Assembly: GCA_964016885.1 (NCBI GenBank)
Contig: OZ024743.1
Location: 72,478,001 to 72,542,000 of the forward strand
Length of the DNA: 64,000 nt
Direction: 5' to 3'
DNA from: Eledone cirrhosa
Taxonomy: Eukaryota
How positions within the stretch are numbered: the first letter of the stretch is position 1; each line of letters opens with the position of its first letter. The notes under the pieces are model-generated. The model saw only the letters and a program-made list of their open reading frames with translations. It had not been told where the DNA came from and did not search any database. The position numbers and the translations under genes are program-made. This document shows, one piece after another, positions 53,941 to 64,000 of the stretch.

Positions 53941-54549
53941 ATAACTAGAAATTGATTAACATATATATATAAACATGAATAATCACAGGAGATAATTTTT
54001 AAAAGAGTGTAACCACGCATGGCTAGTTGGGTAACAAATAAATAAAGTTGACTAGAACTTCAAAAATAGATACCTTTTAATATGATTAATCTTCCCTAAA
54101 CAATTGTCCAGCAATCCATGCTTACACAGCGAGTTCAAATCTTCAACTGGCCGCTACCACGTGTTGTTTTTACACATCACAGCAGCTTCGTCTCAGTGGC
54201 GTGAATAGGTATTCGACAACTAGAAACAGCAGTCGATTCCTTTCAACAGAGTTAGCTCTACAATTAAGGAGCCGTATTTATATATCTATATCCAAAATTA
54301 AGATAAATTAAATGAATTCAATCTAAATCGAAATTGTGGGTGTCATGCCATATCGCTTTTAAAAATTACACGCTTGTAAAAATTATCTCCTGTCATTATT
54401 CATGTTTATATATATGTTAATCAATTTCTAGTTATTATAAAATGCTCGGACCTACAAAATCTTTGAGCTTATTTACCGGGCGATATGGCGCACGCCGTTA
54501 TGGCATGACACCCACAATTTCGATTTAGATTGAATTCATTTAATTTATC

Positions 54550-54557
<8 letters not shown>
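53940..54557. mobile_element. TA-inserted fragment with two internal inverted repeats
   Basis: 53940-54000 pairs with ~54378-54438, and ~54295-54352 pairs with ~54498-54555. Confidence 0.65.
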
Positions 54558-54646
<89 letters not shown>

Positions 54647-54677
54647 GAAGATACTCAATATATATATATATATATAT

Positions 54678-54728
<51 letters not shown>

Positions 54729-54737
54729 GAAGATACT

Positions 54738-54827
<90 letters not shown>

Positions 54828-54879
54828 ATACATATATATAAATATACATATATATGCATGTTTGAATATATATTATATA

Positions 54880-54911
<32 letters not shown>

Positions 54912-54954
54912 AACATACATATATATATATATATATATATGCATGTTTGAATAT

Positions 54955-54993
<39 letters not shown>
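54557..54993. repeat. Long interrupted (TA)n with duplicated interruptions
   Basis: gaagatactcaa twice and gcatgtttgaa twice. Confidence 0.95.
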
Positions 54994-54995
<2 letters not shown>

Positions 54996-55139
54996 TAACA
55001 CATGTCTATAGAATCACCAAATAAAATATATACCGTTTCCTCTCCCAATTAGCATAGTTAACCATATAAAACATCGATTAGACCAAGCTATAAGAATAAA
55101 GGCTTCCATGAAGGAATCTATCTATATATATATCTATAC

Positions 55140-55773
55140 ATACAGCTATGTGTACGTTTGTGTTCCATAAACAGAGATGTGTGTGTGTTTGTGTGTGTGT
55201 GTGTTCGTTCCAAGGAAAACAGAATTAATAATAATAATAATTGTTTCTACTTTTGGCACAAGGCCAGCAATTATACAGTATATTACTGGTACATTATTTT
55301 ATCGACCACGTAAGGCAAAGTTAACCTCGGTGGGATTTGAACTGAAATAATAATAGTTAGGCAATGTATATGTACATTTTGAAATCTGGTAAAGCAAGCA
55401 AAGAGAAGTGACGTGTGGAATCTAACCCCACATCTCTTGTAATTCGTGGTCAATAGTATAAAGCACCAGTAATATAATGGGGGTAATTGCTGGCCTTGTG
55501 CCAAAAGTAGAAATAATTATTATTATAGTCATTTACTTTAAGAGAAAAATAATTAATATATTTTATTTTATATTTTACCAATACTTGATATATCAGGACT
55601 CCTGAGACCCCAGTACGTATAAACAAATAAAGACAAAATGATTTATATTGAAATATGCTCTCCACTCACACACCGTAATTATCTATAGTGACGCAGATAT
55701 TTGCATATATATATGAGAACGACTCATCTAATAACAATAATGACTTCTCTAAAACTTTGGTCTATCAAAGAAT
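55140..55773 (-). repeat. Right arm of inverted duplication
   Basis: See the left arm; bounded by TA-rich tracts on both sides. Confidence 0.95.
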
Positions 55774-55775
55774 AA

Positions 55776-55851
<76 letters not shown>

Positions 55852-56056
55852 CGAAGGAAGTGTGGTAATGAACCAGATGGACCATAACGCACCAGAGTAC
55901 TTAGGGTAGTAGAATGGGTAATAGTAAAATGTTTAATCCCGACGGCAGAGCTCAAGGCGTTTCGACGGTTATTTCAGTCCAGAAATAGCCGTCGAAACGG
56001 GTTGAGCTCTGTCGTCGGGGTTAAACATTTTCCTATAAATATATATATGTATATAT

Positions 56057-56192
56057 TTATTAAAATAACAGATTAAAGTTTAAGCAAAGAATCGCTGCTC
56101 TCACCCTTAACGGGATCTTCTGAAACTAAAATAAATAAATCTGTGAACGCAGAAGTAAATATTTCAAAAAACGTTGCAACCACAGGAAGATA
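56057..56192 (-). mobile_element. 3' tip of the Naiad family at 32190-34272, with HHR copy at 56077-56127
   Basis: Reverse complement of ~34138-34272. Confidence 0.8.
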
Positions 56193-57661
56193 GTGAGTAT
56201 CTTCATTTTAGTGAAATATATCCAGCGTTTACTCATTTGTCGAGGGTTATGTTTCCGTCATATATAAACATATCAATGCACTAAAATCATAGCAATAACA
56301 ATATATCATTTATTATCCATGTATAGGCTTTTAGATTTCACTGATAACCCCTATAGTATATATGATGTTACATGGTATAAGTGGTGTTGGTATAGTTTTT
56401 ATTTTGAATTCTGTATATGTATGTTGACTGACCTGCAGAGACGATAGACTCCACGAGGCTTTAAAATGGCCTAGAAACGCCATATATCAATACGGTACAC
56501 CCAACGACTCCCTCAGAAGTTACGAAATGATAAATATATATTTTGACTTGTAAAGGTAATCATGATATAGTGGGTCTATCGCGGTTTGGTTGTTCAGTAA
56601 TGTTGGTACAATATATACAATTGTCTTGTGCAGCTAGCATTTCTTTCTCATCTACAGTATTATTTTCTACAGCTCATCATTTTCTGTTATTGATCTACGA
56701 GACAACAATGCAATTATATATTTTTCGCTAGGTTTGTAAAATTAATGGTGCGATGTTGCCCGAAGTGTTTTACTTCATAGTAAACAAGGTTTTATAAATT
56801 CTCTTAGTCTAAGGTCAGTTTCTGTATCACAGGTTATTTTTTATTTTTAAATATCAACAAATTGAGAGCTTTTAACCTCGAGGTATTACTGTACATCACA
56901 TTATCGAACTTTTATAATATATATTTTTGGATTCAATAAACATTGGTAATAAAGGTTGTAGACTATAATTTCGATAATTTTTGTACATAATTTGTAATGA
57001 TATATGTTGTTATGTCTAGTTTCCTAGAAATGCACAGAAATTACAAACCTATGTATTAGCTGATAGCAATACTGAATGTCAAGGAATCAAAGAATAAATT
57101 CTAATAAACTAAAGCCTCAAGCTTCTGATATCAACACTACTCATGATCTTTCACAAATTAATCCTCTTTAAATAAACTTCGCTACAAGACTGATTTTCAG
57201 AGTTTCATAAGTCTTGAACGTAATACAGATGTATTATATAAGAATTGAAATAGAGATAGAAGCATTGCGGTAACATTGACTACATAATATAGTCTATTAA
57301 TGGGTCGTATACACCCACAAAACGGACAATGATAGCTTTAAATCTCTTATGATGATATTATGTAACCGATATTAAGGCAACACTTCTATTTTTATATCAA
57401 TTCTACACATTGTATTTAAGGTCGAGTGACGCAATTTCGAGTGAACAGTAGCCTTTGGACTCACCTGATCAATGAAACAATTGTTAATACTGTAATTAAA
57501 ATCCTTTTTGTACAGCCGACAATGCTACTCTTCATTCTTTCACTACTATTAATCCAAGAATAAGCTCCATGGGGATTCTCGTAAACTCGCGACCTAGTTA
57601 AGGAAACCTCTTGTTGAATCAAACCGCACCGTACGTTAAAACTATCCATACATATATATAC

Positions 57662-57928
57662 ACTTTATAAATAACAAGGAAAGAGTGTTTAGAACATTTA
57701 ATCATTTAAGATCGTTTCATCCTAGCACATGGCCGTTATCATCGGAGTATATAGTAACGGTTGAAACACAAATATAATACAAGAAATTTGTCATAATATC
57801 ATTAGGGTGTTTGTTATATGTTTGTTTCAACGTTGATTATATACTCAAATGATTCCGCCCTTGTGCTAGGATGAAACGAGGGTAAGTGATTAAATGTTCT
57901 AAACATTTTTGATTGTTATTTATAAAGT
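57662..57928. mobile_element. Imperfect ~270-bp palindrome, MITE/fold-back-like
   Basis: actttataaataac, tgtttagaacatttaatca and tcgtttcatcctagcaca each have a mirror-position reverse complement. Confidence 0.7.
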
Positions 57929-57972
57929 ATTTCGGCTCCGTAATATACTTGCTATTATACATTGAGCTATTC

Positions 57973-60878
57973 TCATAGGGTCTCTGTAAGCTTTGCGCGC
58001 CGGAACGACGCGTTCAGCTTCCAGTAGCCGAATCCTTTCCTATGGAGTCTATCTAAATCAACTTCACAGATCAACAATTTGTGGTCCGTGTAGTCGACTA
58101 CTTTAAACTGTGGACAACCTACACTAGCCTTATCTGTTTCCCGACAGAATACCCTATATAAATATGATCTAGATGACCCGATGCGGTTTACCCATGTCCC
58201 GATTGGCACATTCGGATAACACAGTCTATGCCTGTCAGACAGTTCAAAACGTCTGAGCAGATTGTTGAGGCCTTTACACCCTCCTGCTCTGTCTACTACA
58301 CCCACATAATCCCAGCGTGCATCTAAGATACCGTTCCAGTCACCCACTAACACTAAAGAGCGGGACGTTCCAAGAAATGTCTCTAGTCGTCTGAAGAAAT
58401 CTGGGGCGTAGACGGCTACTAGCCTGAAAGCATTGCCTTCGCTGCCGGTCACGTCCTGCACCACCGACTTCTGGGTCCAGGAACATTGCCCGTATGGCGA
58501 GATCCAAGCCTCTCCGAAAGAGTACGGCAACCCCTCCCCACCGCCGATCCTGGACGGCTGGGAGATGCGCTCGTGCTTCGGAGATTCTGTTCTCGGAGAT
58601 GGCCACCACATCTATGTTTAGTGACCTGAGGTCGTTGAACAGGTGACCCTGTTTCCAAGATGACCCAAGGCCACGTCACTTATACTGTCTATTCTAAGTA
58701 CGGTCATGTTGGATGAGAAACGGGGTAAGTGAGAAAGGATGATCGTATGGGGAAGGGACAGTAGAACCGTCCCTTTGACTGGTCATGGGTGTTTCCAAGA
58801 TGATGTCGGTGGATATCCTCTTGGTAACCGACCCTCTCAAGTCTCCTACAGCGTTGGGGAATTTTACTTTTAAAAGTTTATAATGATCTATTTTAATTTC
58901 AATGAAGTTCATATTTTTCGGGAGAGTTCTTGGTGTTGGTGGGGAGTAGTAATTTTTTTCTGTGATGTTTGTGTGCTATTTGATATGTTGTAAGAGTTCT
59001 TTATTTGCCACGTTTATGGCTGTGTACTTTTTTGGGGGGCGGGGTAATTTTGTTGCTGTTTTCTGGTTGTTGCTGTTGGGTGTGTGTGCTTTCATGTGTT
59101 TGCGATGTTGGTGCTTTTGGTGATGCTGGTGGTGGTGGGGATGTTGTTGGTGGTGGGGATGTTGTTGGTGGTGATGCTTGTGGTGGTGGTGGTAATGGTG
59201 GTGGTGTTGCTGCAAGTCTCCTAGCAGCCTTTACCATTCTTTGTTTGCCTTCGCATTTGGAGGGTGAAGCTAAGAGTTTTTTGTTATTTTGTTTTTTGTG
59301 GCAGACCGTTTGCCTCTTTCTCCCGACTCATACTCCATGTCGGATTCCGTGGAGTCTGGGAGGGGTATGAGCTCGACTGCTATTGGTGGTCGTAGTGGAG
59401 CCCGCTCCGGCGATTTTACCGCCGGTATAGCTACTGCGACTGTTGGTGTTGCCGCCACTGCTGCCGCTCTTTTAGTTGTCCGTGGCCTTGGTATGGGTGC
59501 CACAGATTTGCCCGCCTACTCACCATGAAAGGGTCTTCTGCCTCTGTTACCTGCCCTGCTCTTGGTAGCAGCGGAACAGGTACCGGAAGGAGGGTGGCCC
59601 TCATCTGCGGGCAGAAGGCCCTGAGGTGACCCTTCTGCCCACAGAGATAGCATTTGGGGGCCTACCTTCGACGCTTATAGGGAGTTGGAGTCATTCCTCG
59701 AGGTCTATGATATATGGGATGGCTTCGATGCACTCCTGGTCAGTTTGTATTACAATTTGCATACCTATTCCTGACCAGTTCTCTCTTGACATTCTCTGTA
59801 TTTGCAGTATGGTGGTCTACTCCTCGATTGCAGCCAGTACAGACGCGGCCAGCAAAGGTAAGGGCACCTCACGTTGGACCTGGGTGACTTTGCCCCTCAC
59901 AATTTACTGCCTGCAAGAGGAGGACACTAAGACCATCTCCTCACTCTTTAGGGTTTCCAAAGAGTGAGACTTCGCCTCTTGGGGGGTGGCGAAATGTGCG
60001 TCTACTGTGGCGTACTTTTTTACCTCGGGTGATGTGGGTTTTGTGCGCCCAGACGCACCCCAAGACGTTTTGAGCCTCCGTGGCCTTTGCTGCTGGTTTT
60101 TGAAGAAATCGGGTGCAGGTTTCAGGGAAACTTTATTGTTATTTCTTGTCACCATGGCTCTTGCGACTGCCATCTCCTCCTCAGTGACTAGCACTGTTAC
60201 GATATTTCGGGCCACAACTGCGAAAAAAGTGGCCCCTGTTTCAGCGGCACCATTATTGCTGCCGCTACTGCTGTTACTGGTCTTGTTGTTGGTGCTCTTG
60301 CTGTTGCTACTGCTACAAACGGTGTTGTTGGTGTTTTTGCTGTTATCACTGTTGTAGTTGGTTGTGTTTTTGGTGCCACCGTTGTTGTTGTTTTCGGTGC
60401 AATTTGTATTGTTGGTGTTGTCGTTGTTTATTTTCTTGTTAGTAGTGTTAATATCGTTGTTGCATTTGTTGTCATTTTTTTTCTGTTGTCTGTATTTTGG
60501 TTGTCGCTGTGATTGTTGTAGTTGGTGTGGTAATTGTTTTAAGATAAGTGTTCTCAATGTTGTTGTCTGTGTTCACGTTGTTTGTGCTGGTGTTTGTTGT
60601 ATGAATTTCACTAACCCTCTTCTCAACCTTTACGCCGTTGTCACACGACAGCAGCAGACATATTGCCTGGGGGTGTGGCTCATCCATGTTTTTTTTATTT
60701 TTAAAAGTAAAATATCCAAATATTGTTCAAATATTTGCGCCAAAAGGCCCAAATATTATACTTTCACCTTCACAGGGGCTAATATGCCTTACACAACACG
60801 AAAAATTAAACAACAAATGATTATAACATGTAAATAAAGCGTCTTACTGGGAGCGAGCAAAAAGACGTCCAAACAGAC

Positions 60879-60880
<2 letters not shown>
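57973..60880 (-). mobile_element. Tx1-like LINE 5' half: 5' UTR, ORF1 and endonuclease; 3'-truncated (copy 3)
   Basis: GGVAVLF, FRLVAVYAP, LVGDWN, TDHKL, GYWKLNAS. ORF1 is homologous to copy 1. The 5' end reads tggtctgtttggacgtctttttgctcgctccc. Confidence 0.9.
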
Positions 60881-60881
<1 letters not shown>

Positions 60882-60919
<38 letters not shown>

Positions 60920-63900
60920 TCATTATTAACCACAAGTGTTTACATAAAGTATACATTAAGGACAGTACATGTCAATGCAGGATGGTACAGATGGGCATGT
61001 CTGCGTGTAAAAAACAAAAACAGAGGATGTAATAAAAAATAACAATGAAAAATTCCCTAATACGGGGGAGACTTCCAAGGCACATTCGTGGAGAAAGCCC
61101 ATTAAAAAGCCACACTGACCCTGACCACCAGGGCAAGTGCCCTCTCCCAGTTTTCCATATTCAATTTACAGACACGTACTCAGAGTAGGTACATTCACTC
61201 GGGCCATTCTTCCCTCCCTCACCCATCTTTCAACAAAATGCTGGGAAGAGAGCACTTCCCTTTCTACCCTGATTTTCTTTTTCAAATGAAATTTGAAAAA
61301 GGTAATCTGGGCATCACCGAAGAGGTAAGGGCTCGTCTTCAGCCCTTTCAAACGTGTCCACCATACTATCTATTTCGCCATGGCCACCAGACAGATAAAA
61401 ACTGCCTGCCCTTCCCGGCTAAAGTAAGAGGGCGGGGCAATCCTCACGATGGACTCAGCTGATAGCTGGATGCGTCCTACACGTGACAGCAGGTGTTCGA
61501 CATAAACCGACAAGATAGCAATGCTCGGACACTGGACGAGTGCGTGCAGGACGGTTTCGTCGCCCTGTGCGCATCGCGGACATGCCCGGCTGACGGCACC
61601 TCCATGCCTGTAAAGTTTATCCCGAACTGGCAAAACACCCCGGTAGCACTGCCAGGCAAGGGATTTCTGGAAGTTGTCCATAGGCCCCGGCCCGAAAGTC
61701 CTTCCGAAGAGATTGGCTAGTTGATTTTCGTCGACGCCTAGAGTTTCCCCAAGTACGTCGTCTCTCTTTTCCTACACTAATCCTCTATAGAACGCCAAGA
61801 TGGAGTTTCCACCGATCACATTGCCCGATTGGTCGAGGGCGCAGTGAGCGCTTGATGACATTTCAGTCTCCAAGCGCTACCTCTCAGTCTTCGCTTGACC
61901 CAGGACTGCAGTTCCGTTAAGGAGACGAGCTGAAGAAAGACGCGTCTAGCAAATGGCGACCACACCAGATCACCGTCGAGGAAGAGGTGGAGATGTCGTA
62001 TCCTGAGCGCGTATCTGCACATCATCAGCCACGGCATGCCCAGCCCTCCACGTAGCGGGTGTTGACAGCAGATGGACCGCCTGACCATCGGAGCGCGTCC
62101 CACAAAAAGCGAAAGAGCAAACGCTCCAGCGCAGTCAGGCGGGGCTTAGCACAAGGTACGACGGCCAGGCGGTAGTACATTATGGACGTGAAGTACGCGT
62201 TAGCGACCTCCGCTCGACCTTTCAGGGATAGCTTCATCTCCGCCCATTTCTGGGTGAGAGAAGCTATCCTGCTCGTCACCTCGTCCTAGTTTTTATCCGT
62301 CTGGAGTTCCGGACCGAACCAGACCCCTAGCAATTTAACTGCCCGAAGACGCTGTTAGACGGCATGGACCTGCCTCTCCAGGTGCCGAGTTGCAGGCACA
62401 CTGACATTTCCTGAATGATCATTGCGGCTGTCACCGCTTAGTATTCTCTTAATGCAGTGCCGATCGTTTCGATGTGTTTGGCGTTCGACACCACTTCGGA
62501 GACATCGTCCGCATATGCTGACACGGATCTTCTGCACCCTACTTCGCGCGGGATCCCTCTCAACGTCTCCAATTTGTACAGTAATGGCACGAGAGTCAAT
62601 ACGTACAAGATGTACGAGAGGGGACATCCTTGGCGGACCGAGCGCATGATGTTGAACAGTTCCGAAAGGTGACCGTTCACTCTCACCACAGAGCAGATGT
62701 CGCTGTGCATGGTAGCGATCCGGCCTCTGAAGATGGGCCCAATGCCAGCCGCCCCCAGGACTGCCGCTAGGTAACGATGGTCGACCCTATGGAAAGCTTT
62801 CGACTGATCTAAATTGATCAAGGACCCACCCGTCCCAGGTTCCTTAGCTACCCTCTCTACGATGTTTCGCATGACGTGTAGGTTGTCGTGGATGGAACTG
62901 TCGGGAATGGCGCATGACTGCGTTGCGTCTCTCCCATCAGATCACCAACGACAAGCGCCAACCTCTTTGCTAGCACTTTGGCCAAAATCTTGAACTCTGT
63001 GTTTAGCAGAGTTATGGGCCTGAAATGATCTATGTTATCCCCCTTGATCGGATCCTTTCTCAGCAGCCCCACCGCTCCTCGACTCACAGACCTGGGAAAT
63101 TCTCCCGTTCTGTTGCCAGCTGCAGTAGACGTCCGCCAAGAGGCCTCCGAACAACTCTGGCATCTGTACGCAAAGTTCATAGGGCAGACCATCCAATTCA
63201 GGCGATTTAGCCTTTGTGCAGCCAGTCACTGCCTGCCGTACTTCAGCGGCTGTTATCGGCTTTTCGCAACACTCTGCCTCGGCAGTCCGTCGAGGTAGAC
63301 ACTAAAGTCCATCCCACGATCCGGCCTGCCGCTGCCCCCAAACAGCTGAGCGAAGTGTCGCTGAAAAGCTCCACACATTTGCCCGGGATCGAGTAGCATG
63401 CACCCGTCGTGGTCCACCAAAGACCGGATCGTGCATTTGTTGCCACGACGCGCCTCCGCCACTCGGGCCCATTGAACGGCTATCGTCCCTTCGTGTCTGA
63501 GAGCACGCACCCTAGCTCTGACAACACAACCTTCGTGCTTTGCATTGAAGAATTGTACGTCGGTCACGATGCCTTTGCTAAGCGCCTCGTCTAATGTTCT
63601 AACTAGTTCTCCCTCTGCTCTGTTTTTCTCTATAGCTAAAGCCTTACTAAACCTAATGGACTCTATTCTAATCGCTCTTTTCATAGCAAACCACCACTTG
63701 TTGTTGACGATGGCCCCCGTCAACGCCCGCTTAACTAGTTCGTTAATCCAGTCTCTGTAGGCCTTACGACCTGGTAAGGACGCGTTTAGCTTCCAGTAGC
63801 TGAGTCCTCGTCTATGAAGCCTATCTAGATCAAGCACACAGATCACGAATGTTTAGTCCGTGTAGCTGACTATCTTGAATTGTGGACAGCCTATGCCTGA

Positions 63901-64000
63901 CCTATCTACTTCCCTACAAAATACTCTATCTAGATATGATCTGGATGACCCTATGTGGTTTGTCTAAGTCCACATTCGGGAAATCCAATCGGTACCTGTC
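60882..64000 (-). mobile_element. Tx1-like LINE ORF2 and 3' UTR with (AAT)n tail, running off the window (copy 4)
   Basis: FRPITLLNTEFKILAKVLAKRL, DQSKAFHRVDH, RQGCPLS, AYADDV, CPRCAQGDETVLHALVQCP; multiple frameshifts. Confidence 0.93.

Overview
AT-rich, microsatellite-dense eukaryotic DNA, most likely from an octopod cephalopod: two SINE families match octopus SINEs as I recall them (inference, not a database result). No host protein-coding gene can be firmly supported, and most ORF-track entries are microsatellite or antisense-TE artefacts. The window contains: (i) four decayed Tx1/L1-group LINE copies, all on the minus strand, three with (AAT)n tails; (ii) about 20 copies or fragments of a tRNA-derived SINE, almost all on the minus strand; (iii) many Penelope-like element (PLE) remnants in (TA)n tracts, including Naiad-type RT/GIY-YIG pieces, often with inverted ends; (iv) about 20 intact, variant or partial type I hammerhead ribozyme (HHR) motifs from about 12 unrelated sequence families; (v) a non-coding ~373-nt HHR tandem/inverted repeat resembling a circular-RNA retrozyme, one copy of which starts at the predicted cleavage site; (vi) a 43-bp minisatellite, several fold-back palindromes and a ~620-bp inverted duplication. 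Element boundaries were placed by eye and are approximate.
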